A stretch of 64,000 bases of DNA from an uncultured delta proteobacterium (GCA_963704865.1 CAVPIE010000015.1:260658-324657); one strand, 5' to 3'; shown: positions 47,752 to 57,066, numbered from the stretch's first letter. Notes: generated by a model not told the origin, from the sequence alone. Made by a program: numbers and translations.

Positions 47752-49482
47752 TCATTGGGCGGCTTCCTGTTCGTTCTGACTGCTCGGCACTCGCGCCGCG
47801 TCTTCCGCCGCGAGAAATCCAAAGGTCAGCGCGGGGCCTATCGTGCCTCCGGCGCCCGGGTAGCTGCGCCCCATCACCGACGACGACGAGTTACCCGCCG
47901 CATAGAGCCCCGGAATCACCTGACCGTCCGCTTTCAGCACGCGACTGTGCTCATCGGTCACGAGCCCACCCTTGGTCCCAAGGTCCCCCGGGTAGATCTG
48001 TACGGCGTAGAACGGAGGCGTTTCGATCGGACCAAGCGAGCAGTTCGGCTTCACACTCGGATCGCCGTAGTAGCGGTCCTGCGCGCTCCAACCGCGGTTG
48101 TAGTCCGGGTCTTCGCCTTTGAGCGCATATTCGTTGAACCGCGCGATCGTCGACTTCGCCGTTGCAGCTGGAATCTTGAGCTGCTCACACAGCGCGTCGA
48201 GGGTTGCGGCTTTGTAGAGGAACTTGCCGTCACGGTAGCGGTGCGGGAGCTGCTTGTCCGGCATGACCTTGCCGGGCGCAACGGGCCCCGCGATCGATGA
48301 CTTCCGGTATGTCGCGTCGAAGATGTGAAACCAGCGCGGGTCGGTCGTGCGCGATTTTGCGACGTCGTCGTACATGCCGTTGACGACATCGATGTAAGGA
48401 GCCGCCTCGTTGGTGAATCGCTTCCCCGCCTGATTGACGAACAGCCCGTGCGGCAGGCTCTTCTCGACGACCAGCACCCAGGAAAACGGCGACTTCGGAA
48501 CCATCGAGACGGGCGTCCACCAGGCTTCGTCCATCAGGTCGAGCGCGCCGCCGGCATCATGTCCCATGCGAATCGCATCGCCGGTGTTCGACGGGGTTCC
48601 TGCGGTCCACTCGGTCGTGATCGGTTGCCGCTGATACTGCTTGCGCATCTCGAGATTGCGCGAAAACCCGCCCGCCGCCAGCACGACGCCGCGATTCGTC
48701 TTCACGCGAATCATTTCGCCGTCCTTTCGGACCACCGCCCCCACGACCTTGCCGTCCTCGAATACGAGCTCTTCGACGCTGGTGTTGAGCCAAGCGGGAA
48801 CGTTGCGCTCCTTGAGCGAAAGCAGAAGGCGACCCATCAAGGAGTTGCCGGCGCAGAGCTTCGTATCGCGCCCCCAGCGTTTGCGTTTGAAGTAGCGCAG
48901 CATGTACAGGAACATCTGCCAGGCCATGAACATCATCGTCTTGAAGCCGACACCGATCGCGGCCTGCGCCTCCTTCGCCGTGATGCCGAATTTGCCGAGA
49001 ATCTGCGACTGCGGGTGCGGCCTGCGCAGTCGAATCAAGTCCTCGTGCAGCCGAGACCCATCGAAGGGAATTGGATCCATCGATCGACCGCCGGGCAGCC
49101 CACCCGGAGCCTCGGGATAGTAGTCGGTGTACTTCGCGAGCGGGACGTAGCGCACGTGCGTCTTTTCGTGCAGGTACGCGAGCACGCGCTTGCTTTCGCG
49201 GATGTAGAGCCAGAGGCGTTCGTCGGGCACTTCGCCCTTGGTGATGTGCTTCAGGTACTCGAAACCTTTTTCGTCCGAATCCGCGATTCCTTCACGGGCC
49301 ATGCCGGGGTTGTTTGCGACCCAACAGACCCCGCCCGACATCGCCGAGTTCCCACCGTAGAGCTCGCTCTTCTCGACCAGCAGCACGTCCAAGCCGAGGT
49401 CGCGCGCGCGCACCGCAGCGCCCATGCCGGCGGCTCCGCTTCCCATCACGAGCAAATCGACTGTACGGTCCCACTCCGCCAT
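47752..49482 (-). CDS. kstD: 3-ketosteroid delta-1-dehydrogenase-like flavoprotein
   Basis: GSGAAG, GGNSAMSGG, TDYYPEAPGG, LAAGGF, RFTNEAAPY, GDLGTKGG, MGRSYPGAGGTIGPA. Confidence 0.85.
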   Translation of the reverse strand: MAEWDRTVDLLVMGSGAAGMGAAVRARDLGLDVLLVEKSELYGGNSAMSGGVCWVANNPGMAREGIADSDEKGFEYLKHITKGEVPDERLWLYIRESKRVLAYLHEKTHVRYVPLAKYTDYYPEAPGGLPGGRSMDPIPFDGSRLHEDLIRLRRPHPQSQILGKFGITAKEAQAAIGVGFKTMMFMAWQMFLYMLRYFKRKRWGRDTKLCAGNSLMGRLLLSLKERNVPAWLNTSVEELVFEDGKVVGAVVRKDGEMIRVKTNRGVVLAAGGFSRNLEMRKQYQRQPITTEWTAGTPSNTGDAIRMGHDAGGALDLMDEAWWTPVSMVPKSPFSWVLVVEKSLPHGLFVNQAGKRFTNEAAPYIDVVNGMYDDVAKSRTTDPRWFHIFDATYRKSSIAGPVAPGKVMPDKQLPHRYRDGKFLYKAATLDALCEQLKIPAATAKSTIARFNEYALKGEDPDYNRGWSAQDRYYGDPSVKPNCSLGPIETPPFYAVQIYPGDLGTKGGLVTDEHSRVLKADGQVIPGLYAAGNSSSSVMGRSYPGAGGTIGPALTFGFLAAEDAARVPSSQNEQEAAQ

Positions 49483-49516
49483 TCCGGCGCTCCTTTGCTA
49501 CGGGTCGGTTTGAAAA

Positions 49517-49530
49517 TAGAACATGTTCTA
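49517..49530. promoter_or_regulatory. Perfect 14-bp palindromic operator matching the KstR consensus TnnAACnnGTTnnA
   Basis: TAGAACATGTTCTA lies 34 nt upstream of kstD, downstream of a minus-strand TTGACA (49543-49548). Confidence 0.7.
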
Positions 49531-49637
49531 GCGTTGCACTCCTGTCAAACGCCCCCGATCTTGCGACCGGGGTTGCTCAGCGCTAGAAAATGCTTACATT
49601 TCGATGGTTCTGAGCGCCCAGCCGCTCGGAGGTCCAG

Positions 49638-50153
49638 GTGATTCGCCCCATACTCTTCTACCCAGATAAACGGCTCCGTAGGCCCGGCAAAGACGTCGAG
49701 GTCTTCGACGCTGAGCTGCGCCGCTTGATCGACGACATGGCGGAGACGATGTACGCGGCCCCGGGCGTCGGATTGGCCGCGCCGCAGATCGGCGTTTCGA
49801 AGCGCCTTTTCATCGTGGATGTGGCCTCTGACGAGGACGAGCCAAGCGACCTGCGCGTCTTCATCAATCCCGAGATCATCGCCGCCGAGGGCGAAACCAC
49901 CTTCAACGAAGGCTGCCTCTCGTTCCCTGGCATTCGCGAAGACATCGACCGAGCCGAGCGCATCACCGTCCGCGCGCTCGACCAGGACGGTAAGCCCTTC
50001 GAGCTCGAGGCCGAGGGCCTCTTGGCGATTGCGATTCAACACGAAAACGATCACCTCAATGGCGAGCTGATGATCGACCATCTCAGTGTCTTGCGCCGTC
50101 GTTTGGTGCATCGCGCAATGAGCAAGCGCGCAGCGGTCGACGCCGCGCAGTGA
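49638..50153 (+). CDS. def: Peptide deformylase
   Basis: GVGLAAPQIG, EGCLS, QHENDHLNG. Confidence 0.97.
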   Translation: MIRPILFYPDKRLRRPGKDVEVFDAELRRLIDDMAETMYAAPGVGLAAPQIGVSKRLFIVDVASDEDEPSDLRVFINPEIIAAEGETTFNEGCLSFPGIREDIDRAERITVRALDQDGKPFELEAEGLLAIAIQHENDHLNGELMIDHLSVLRRRLVHRAMSKRAAVDAAQ

Positions 50154-50159
50154 CAGCCT

Positions 50160-51107
50160 GTGAGAACGATTTTTTTTGGCAGCCCCGAGTTCGCGGTGCC
50201 CTGCCTCGATGCACTCAACGGGATTAGCGAGGTCGTGGCGGTCATCTCACAACCGGACCGGCCCGCGGGGCGCGGGCTCTCCATGCGGCCTCCTGCCGTG
50301 AAGCAACGCGCATTGGAGCTTGGGCTCGATGTCTGGCAACCGACGAAACTGCGGACCGCCGAGTTTGCCGAACGGCTTCGGACGCTCGAGGCAGACGTGG
50401 CCGTCGTGGTCGCGTACGGACGAATCCTCCCGCTTGCCGTGCTCGAGGCTCCCCGCGCAGGCTGCGTGAACGTTCACGCTTCTCTGCTTCCACGCTGGCG
50501 AGGCGCTGCGCCGATTCAATGGGCGATCGTTCATGGCGACGAGGAGACTGGGGTGACGCTGATGCAAATGGACGAGGGCATGGACACCGGTCCCATTGTT
50601 GCAACCGCTGCGACCCGCATCGAAGCCGCTGACGATGCCGCGACTCTCAGCGAGAGGCTTTCGAACATGGGTGCGGCGCTCCTGCGGGAACAACTGCCAC
50701 GCTACCTCGCCGGCGAGCTCACGCCAAAGCAACAGGACGACGCGGCGGCGACGATGGCGCCTCTCCTCGATAAGTCAGACGGCCGCATCCAATGGAACAA
50801 ACCGGCGCAAGCAGTGCACAACCAGATCCGCGGCATGAATCCTTGGCCGGGCGCACATACGGTCCTCGGTGAGCGGCGCATCAAAGTGCATCGCACGCTC
50901 GCGACGACGCTTGATCCCGAAGGGGCCCGCCCCGGCGAGGTGATCGCGCTCGATCCCGAAGGCATCCTCGTGGCCTGTGCCGAGGGAACGCTCGAAATTC
51001 AGGAGCTTCAAGAGAGTGGCCGGAAGCGGGTTGACGCGCGTGCCTTCGCCAGCGGGCGCGGGGTTGCAGTCGGCGATTGCTTTTCGAGCGAAGGGACCGA
51101 GGGATGA
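50160..51107 (+). CDS. fmt: Methionyl-tRNA formyltransferase
   Basis: FFGSPEFA, QPDRPAGRG, VAYG, NVHASLLPRWRGAAPI, MDEGMDTG, PWPGA. Confidence 0.97.
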   Translation: MRTIFFGSPEFAVPCLDALNGISEVVAVISQPDRPAGRGLSMRPPAVKQRALELGLDVWQPTKLRTAEFAERLRTLEADVAVVVAYGRILPLAVLEAPRAGCVNVHASLLPRWRGAAPIQWAIVHGDEETGVTLMQMDEGMDTGPIVATAATRIEAADDAATLSERLSNMGAALLREQLPRYLAGELTPKQQDDAAATMAPLLDKSDGRIQWNKPAQAVHNQIRGMNPWPGAHTVLGERRIKVHRTLATTLDPEGARPGEVIALDPEGILVACAEGTLEIQELQESGRKRVDARAFASGRGVAVGDCFSSEGTEG

Positions 51108-51658
51108 AGATCTACACGAAGACAGGCGACGCTGGTGAGACCGGCCTTTTTGGCGGGGATCGCGTGTCGAAAGCGTCGCTTCGGGTCGAAACCTACGGCG
51201 AGGTGGACGAGCTGAACAGCGCCGTGGGTTGGGCACGCGTCGCGGCCTCAGATCCGGAGCTCGATGCCCTCCTCAATCAGATCCAAAACGATTTGTTCGA
51301 AGTGGGTGCGGAGCTCGGCTCAACTGCCCAGCGAAAACAGAAAAGCACGATGCCCCTGATTGCCGAGTCGCAGGTCGAAGCCCTCGAGCGTGCGATCGAC
51401 AAATACGAAGAAGGCCCGCCCCCACTGACCTCGTTCGTCTTGCCAGGCGGGTGCGAAGGCGCGGCAAGGTTTCACATGGCGCGCTGCGTCTGCCGCCGTG
51501 CCGAGCGCTCGCTCGTTGCGCTCGGCGCACAGGAGACACTTCGCGGCGAGCTCTTCCGCTACATCAACCGGTTGAGCGATCTGCTCTTCGTTCTGGCCCG
51601 CTACGCCAACCACCGCGCAGGCGTCGAAGACGTCCCCTGGAAGGGCCTGGGCGGCTAA
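51104..51658 (+). CDS. PduO-type ATP:cob(I)alamin adenosyltransferase
   Basis: KIYTKTGDAGET, YGEVDELNS, FVLPGG, RCVCRRAER, YINRLSDLLFVLAR. Confidence 0.95.
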   Translation: MKIYTKTGDAGETGLFGGDRVSKASLRVETYGEVDELNSAVGWARVAASDPELDALLNQIQNDLFEVGAELGSTAQRKQKSTMPLIAESQVEALERAIDKYEEGPPPLTSFVLPGGCEGAARFHMARCVCRRAERSLVALGAQETLRGELFRYINRLSDLLFVLARYANHRAGVEDVPWKGLGG

Positions 51659-53157
51659 GGCATGTCCTCTGGGTCGAGGGCGAAGTCGCGCGTTCCGACT
51701 CGACCGTCCCCAAGCACGTTCCCGGGCAAGTCGAGGCCCGCACGCATCTCTTCAATCGCCTGGTAGAGGGCGGCCCGCTCCGCCGACAGTCGCCGAATGA
51801 TCGTGGAACCCCACTGGCGCTTTGCGCGGATCTTGATCGACGTCCAGGTTCGCCTGACCAACTCGAGGTAGATCAAAGCCAGCGCGCCGCCGAACGCGCC
51901 AATCAAAAAGGTAGTGATCCCAGCTCGCCAGGGCGCGCGAGCGATCTCTTCAAACGAGTTGTGGAGCTCGATCTGCCCGAGGCCTACCAGCAGGGCGAAG
52001 ATCAACCACGCGAGCGGGAACAAGATCAGGCCGGTGAGCAGTTTGATCGTAGCTGTGTCCTTGTACTGCCTCGAAGCGATGCGAGAGACCACGTTGATGA
52101 GGAAGTAAGGGGCAGCGTTGATCAACAGACCCAAGACCAGCACGGGGGGAATCACCAGGAACACGACGGCGGCTTGGGCAGCCAAGAGCACGGGGAGCCA
52201 CTTGGATTCGATCGGTGGTGGTTTGTCGAGATCGTCGTCCTCTAGCTTCACCTCGCGGAGCGCGGCATCGTAGGCCTCGACGCGATCGAGCAAGGCCTGC
52301 ACCCCGTCGGGATCGGTTTGCAACCGCGCGTAGTACGCCTTCCAAACCCTCGCCATTCCCAAGGAGCGCTCGGCCATGTCGGGCGCCTTCAGGTTTGTGC
52401 CGGCCCGCTTCGCCCTCTCGGCACGGACCAGGCTGCGGACACGGCCCATCAGCTGATTCAGCTCCCAGCTTTCGGTCGCATGGGTCACCTCTTGAAGCAC
52501 CGGCTCCAGAACCTGGGTCAGCTCGCCGCTTCGAGCGCGCAAGGTTTCGTCGTCACCTTCCTGAATAGGTGCCAGTAGCTCGCTGGGCAGCGCCAAGGGC
52601 GCATGGAATTCGACCAGCACATCCGAGCGAAACATCGTTTTGTCGTCGTAGTGAAGGCCGACGGGGATGATCACCGGGGGCACGCCATTCTCCCCGCAGA
52701 GCTGCTTGGCACGATAGTAGAGCCGCGCCGCGCCGGTCTTGAGCTCTTGTAGGAACGGATCGTCGTGACTAACGCCTTCGGGGAACAAGGCCGCGAAGCC
52801 GCCGTCGCAGACCGCTTGGGCCATCGCGTCGAGGCTCTTTCGGTTCGCCTCGCGTCGCGCTTCGACGTCTCCGTCTTTCGAATCGGTCGCTCGAAAGATC
52901 GGGACGGTGCCGAGCGCGCGCATCAAGCGTCCAACGATTGGCCAGGAGAAAAGCCCGTGCCGCGCTCCGAACACGACCCGACGCGGGAAACCGCTGATGA
53001 TGAGCGCCGGATCCACCAGCCCATTTGGATGCCAGGCAATGAGAATCCCGCCGCCCGTCTTCGGGACGTGTTCGACCCCGGTCACCTCAAAGCGGCGAAA
53101 GAACAGTCCTACGAGAAACCGCACCAGGCGAACCGCACTGCTCCGCTCGATCTTCAC
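51655..53157 (-). CDS. Phospholipid/glycerol acyltransferase with C-terminal TM helices
   Basis: HPNGLVD (HX4-5D), FPEGVSH, PVGL.Y; three C-terminal TM segments; TACAAT lies 6 nt upstream of the GTG. Confidence 0.85.
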   Translation of the reverse strand: MKIERSSAVRLVRFLVGLFFRRFEVTGVEHVPKTGGGILIAWHPNGLVDPALIISGFPRRVVFGARHGLFSWPIVGRLMRALGTVPIFRATDSKDGDVEARREANRKSLDAMAQAVCDGGFAALFPEGVSHDDPFLQELKTGAARLYYRAKQLCGENGVPPVIIPVGLHYDDKTMFRSDVLVEFHAPLALPSELLAPIQEGDDETLRARSGELTQVLEPVLQEVTHATESWELNQLMGRVRSLVRAERAKRAGTNLKAPDMAERSLGMARVWKAYYARLQTDPDGVQALLDRVEAYDAALREVKLEDDDLDKPPPIESKWLPVLLAAQAAVVFLVIPPVLVLGLLINAAPYFLINVVSRIASRQYKDTATIKLLTGLILFPLAWLIFALLVGLGQIELHNSFEEIARAPWRAGITTFLIGAFGGALALIYLELVRRTWTSIKIRAKRQWGSTIIRRLSAERAALYQAIEEMRAGLDLPGNVLGDGRVGTRDFALDPEDMP

Positions 53158-53177
53158 CTTCTGATTGTATCCCGACA

Positions 53178-53198
53178 AAAAGGGGACTGTCCCCTTTT
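53178..53198. repeat. Short palindrome AAAAGGGGAC-T-GTCCCCTTTT (REP-like) in a divergent promoter region
   Basis: Perfect 10-bp arms around a 1-nt centre. Confidence 0.8.
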
Positions 53199-53225
53199 CC
53201 CGTTCCGCGCTAGACCGCACGGGTC

Positions 53226-55511
53226 ATGCGATGCGGGCTAGCTTGGTTTTTGTCCATTGCGTTTGCGGCAATCGGATCAGGGTGCGCCAAGAAGACGCAA
53301 GAGCGAGTGGCAGCGTCTGATCCGAAGCCGGCACAGGCGGCCGTGGCCCCCGCGCCACGAGGGCCGGCGAGCTACATGGGCACCGCGACGTGCGCTTCCT
53401 GTCACGAGACACAGCACCAGGCCTGGGTCGGATCGCATCATGATCTCGCCATGCAGAAGGCGACACCGGAAACGGTGCTTGGCGACTTCAACGATGCAAA
53501 GGTCAAGCACTTCAAGGAGACCGCGCGCTTCGTTCGTGACGGAGATGCATTCTTTGTGGAGGCGCTTGGCGCCGACGGCGAGCCCGGGCGCTTTCCGGTC
53601 ATCTACACGTTTGGTGTTGAACCGCTGCAACAGTACCTCGTAGAGATCGAGCCCGGGCGTCTCCAGTCGTTTCTCTTCGCGTGGGATACGCGGCCGAAAC
53701 AGCAGGGCGGCCAGCGTTGGTTTCACCTCCAGCCCGACGAATTCGTAGAACCCGGCGACGCGCTACACTGGACCGCGCCTAGCTACAATTGGAACTACTC
53801 CTGCGCCGACTGTCATTCGACTGCACTCAAGAAGAACTATGATCGCACGACCAAGCGCTATTCGACGGAGTACTTCGAGATCAACGTCGGTTGCGAAGCT
53901 TGCCACGGCGCTGGGTCACGGCATGTCGAGCTAGCGAGGGCGACCGATGCTGCAGCAGACGAGCTTCCGGCGAATGCAGGCTTCGGTCGACGCCTACCTG
54001 CGCCCGCTACGCGCATCTGGTTGTTTGACGAAGGCAAATCCATCGCATCGCTGAGCGCTTCGTCCCCGAGTGATGAAATCGAAACCTGCGCACCCTGCCA
54101 TTCTCGACGCGCCGATCTGGGCGGCGAGAGTACCAGCTTCCACGATCGCTACCGTGTCGCGGCCCTCGACGAGCTGCTTTACTTCGACGACGGTCAGATC
54201 CGAGATGAGGTCTATGTCTATGGCTCGTTTCTCCAGAGCAAGATGCACGCCGCCGGGGTCATTTGCAGCGACTGCCACGACGGGCACAGCACGAAGCTTC
54301 GCTTGGAGGGCAACGCCTTGTGCAGCCGATGCCATCAGGCCGAGGTCTACGACGCGCCGAAGCATCTTTTTCACGCGGCGGGGACCCCAGGCAGCCTTTG
54401 TACCGACTGCCACATGCCCCAGCGCACCTACATGGTGAACGATGACCGAGCGGATCACCGCTTCGGCATTCCGCGCCCGGCGCTCGCGGCCAAGATCGGC
54501 GCGCCGGACGCCTGCACCGATTGCCATGCAGCCAAGAGCCCGAATTGGGCTGAACGCGAGATTGAGAAACGTTTCGAAAACCGCATGCCTCACCCGTTTG
54601 CCGATGCGCTTCACGCAGCCCGGAGGCAGCGGCCGGACGGCGAGCCAAGGCTCGTGGAGCTCGTAGCGGTGGGCCGAGCGCCGGCCATCGTCCGCGCGAC
54701 GGCCATCCTCGAGCTCCGCAATCTCGGTTCTCCGGCGCTTCCCGCTTTGCTGATGCGCGCCAGCAGCGACGCAAGCCCGATCGTTCGACGCTCGGTTGCA
54801 GTCGCGGCTCGAGACATGCCGCCCGAGCAGCGGGTCGAAGTCGTGCGTCCACTGGTCCGTGACGAAACGCGAACCGTCCGAATCGAGGCCGTGGCCGCTT
54901 TGCTCGGTGTTCATGCAGGCGACTGGAGCACTGCGGATCGCGCCGCGCTGAAGAGCGCGACCGCGGAGTACATCGAGGCTCGTTCGTTCAACACGGACCG
55001 GGGCGAAGGCTTGGCCGACATGGCGCACGTCGCAATGTTGGCCGGCGACGCCAAGCATGCCGAGGAGAATCTCCGCGAGGCGCTCGACATCGATCCAACG
55101 TTTACGGCGGCGTACGTCAACCTTGCCGACCTCTATCGATCTCAAGATCGGGACGACGAGGCCGAGTCAACCCTCCGCGAGGGGCTGAATAAGGCGGCCG
55201 ATGGAGCCGCGATCGAGTTTGCGCTCGGCCTCGCCTTGGTGCGCCTCGGACGATACTCCGAGGCCATGTTGCACCTTCGCCGCGCATCCGAGATCCGCCC
55301 TGAAACCATCCGCTTCGGCTATGTCTATGCGGTGGCCCAGTTCGACGGAGGACAGCGCGAAGCGTCCCTCCGCACCCTGGAACAAATGCGCAAGCGCTAC
55401 CCGGCGAATCGAGACGTGCTCCAGCTGCTCGCCGGCTATAACCAGCAGATGGGACGCGCGAAGGCCGCCGAGCGATACGCTACGGAGCTGCGGAAGCTCA
55501 ACGCGCCCTAG
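53226..55511 (+). CDS. Octaheme c-type cytochrome (lipoprotein) with HEAT-like and TPR repeats
   Basis: CASCH, CADCH, CEACH, CAPCH, CSDCH, CSRCH, CTDCH, CTDCH; YTFGVEPLQQY, VYVYGSFLQSKM; AYVNLADLY TPR. Confidence 0.9.
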   Translation: MRCGLAWFLSIAFAAIGSGCAKKTQERVAASDPKPAQAAVAPAPRGPASYMGTATCASCHETQHQAWVGSHHDLAMQKATPETVLGDFNDAKVKHFKETARFVRDGDAFFVEALGADGEPGRFPVIYTFGVEPLQQYLVEIEPGRLQSFLFAWDTRPKQQGGQRWFHLQPDEFVEPGDALHWTAPSYNWNYSCADCHSTALKKNYDRTTKRYSTEYFEINVGCEACHGAGSRHVELARATDAAADELPANAGFGRRLPAPATRIWLFDEGKSIASLSASSPSDEIETCAPCHSRRADLGGESTSFHDRYRVAALDELLYFDDGQIRDEVYVYGSFLQSKMHAAGVICSDCHDGHSTKLRLEGNALCSRCHQAEVYDAPKHLFHAAGTPGSLCTDCHMPQRTYMVNDDRADHRFGIPRPALAAKIGAPDACTDCHAAKSPNWAEREIEKRFENRMPHPFADALHAARRQRPDGEPRLVELVAVGRAPAIVRATAILELRNLGSPALPALLMRASSDASPIVRRSVAVAARDMPPEQRVEVVRPLVRDETRTVRIEAVAALLGVHAGDWSTADRAALKSATAEYIEARSFNTDRGEGLADMAHVAMLAGDAKHAEENLREALDIDPTFTAAYVNLADLYRSQDRDDEAESTLREGLNKAADGAAIEFALGLALVRLGRYSEAMLHLRRASEIRPETIRFGYVYAVAQFDGGQREASLRTLEQMRKRYPANRDVLQLLAGYNQQMGRAKAAERYATELRKLNAP

Positions 55512-55612
55512 CGTCGACGCCTCGGCCCGCCCGGGATGTGCGCGCCCATGATCGCCGATGGCGTTTGCGTCTTGACGGATGCCGACGCTGCATGAGAGAC
55601 GGAAAGACGCCC

Positions 55613-56140
55613 ATGCCTTTCGTCGAAATCATGCATGCCTACTTTCGCGGCGAGCGCGTCGAAGCGCTCTGCTTCATCGTTCCAATCGGTGTTGCAATGC
55701 TCGCGTTTGCGGCGATCACGCTTCGAGCCGAGCGCGGTGGCTTTGCCTGGGGCTTGGCCATTCCTCTGATCGTCTTCGGTCTCTTCGCGATCGGTGCAGG
55801 GGCGGCGGTCGGGTTTCGAACAGCCGGGCAGGTCGCAGCGATCGAATCCGGATTCCAGGGTGACCCCGGCGTCATGCTGGCCGATGAGCTCCCGCGCATG
55901 CACAAGGTCAATGCGAACTGGCCGATGTACATCGGGATGTGGACCACCTTGCTGCTGGTCGGTCTTGGGTTGCGCTTTGGCTTGAAGGCAGACTGGGCGC
56001 ACGGGGTCGGCCCGGCGCTCATCTTGATCGGAGCGATGGGTTTTCTGATCGACGGCTTTGCGGAGCGGCGCGCCAGACCTTACACCGCGGCGCTAGAAGC
56101 GCTCGCAGCAGAGCACCAGTTCGAGCTTCGGGCGGAGTGA
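55613..56140 (+). CDS. Hypothetical 4-TM membrane protein
   Basis: YF.GE..E, ELPRM and D.FAERRA..Y blocks; four hydrophobic segments. Confidence 0.75.
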   Translation: MPFVEIMHAYFRGERVEALCFIVPIGVAMLAFAAITLRAERGGFAWGLAIPLIVFGLFAIGAGAAVGFRTAGQVAAIESGFQGDPGVMLADELPRMHKVNANWPMYIGMWTTLLLVGLGLRFGLKADWAHGVGPALILIGAMGFLIDGFAERRARPYTAALEALAAEHQFELRAE

Positions 56141-56265
56141 TCAAACGATGGATGCACAGCGGCGGTGGCGCGCCGATGATGGCCGCCTCCGGTTCGACAG
56201 AGGCGCCCTCCCGACCCTGAGAACTTTGGTTGCTTCTTGTCGGCCGTTCGGGATAAGTTGTCGAC

Positions 56266-57027
56266 ATGGCTCGCCTCCTGGTTTGTTGCTTCCTGACCCT
56301 TGCCTTGGGTTGCAGGAGCCCGACCACGTCCACAGAGCCATCGGAGGTGGAGGAAGTGCTGCCACCCGAACCTGCGGACACACTGCCCTCCGAAAACGCC
56401 GAGGCATTGGAGCAATCCGGGGCAACCGGTGCGATGCAGGAGCTCGGCGAGGTCGCCCAGGGGGAACCCGGCAAAGCACTCCAAGCTCAACCCGCAGCGG
56501 CCCCTACCGAAGCTCCCGCGGCTGAACCCGTGCAACCGGCCCGTGACCTCGCAGCCGAATTGAGCGCCGCGATCGGAAGCCCCGCGGACTGCCTCCACGA
56601 CTATCGACCGGCCAGCCCGACGACCATCCGCGTCAACATCAGCGCCCTCGTGCGCCCGTCCGGAATGGTCATCGAGCCGAGCGCGAGCGGCGGAGGGTTG
56701 TCGGCGAACGACCTTCGATGCGTCGAGCAGCGGGCCGTAGACGTGACCCTGTCGCCTTTGAGCGTGGCAGCATCGGAACGTGTCACTGCCGTTGTCAACA
56801 TCGGCTACCAGCCTTCTCGGGTCGAGGAGTACGACGTCGGCGCCCCCACGCCAAAGCTCGAGGACGTCGTTCAAGCCCTTCCGAAGAAGAAGCCGATCCC
56901 TCCCAGTGGCAAGCCCATCGAAGGACCTGCGCCCGACCGCATCGACGGGCCGAGCGGTGTGCCAATCGACGGGCCCAAAGGCGTCCCGATCGAGGGTCCC
57001 ACACCCAAGCCGATCGATGGCTACTAA
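56266..57027 (+). CDS. Hypothetical lipoprotein with Pro-rich linker and C-terminal octapeptide repeats
   Basis: Lipobox ALGC; a Cys-paired middle domain; repeats xx[P/x]xI[D/E]G[P/Y]. Confidence 0.75.
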   Translation: MARLLVCCFLTLALGCRSPTTSTEPSEVEEVLPPEPADTLPSENAEALEQSGATGAMQELGEVAQGEPGKALQAQPAAAPTEAPAAEPVQPARDLAAELSAAIGSPADCLHDYRPASPTTIRVNISALVRPSGMVIEPSASGGGLSANDLRCVEQRAVDVTLSPLSVAASERVTAVVNIGYQPSRVEEYDVGAPTPKLEDVVQALPKKKPIPPSGKPIEGPAPDRIDGPSGVPIDGPKGVPIEGPTPKPIDGY

Positions 57028-57066
57028 CGCGACAGCAAATCCAGGTGGTTGGGAGACGGACCCGCT

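Noticed and set aside
49517-49530. LexA/SOS box
   Set aside because: GAAC-N2-GTTC spacing does not fit the N4 Gram-positive box, and the downstream gene is not a repair gene. The KstR pattern fits better.
18050-55145. Long antisense or alternate-frame ORFs (e.g. 18050-19201, 35710-37059, 42465-43610, 48325-49641, 53994-55145)
   Set aside because: Shadow ORFs of GC-rich genes, with no motifs, overlapping well-supported CDSs.
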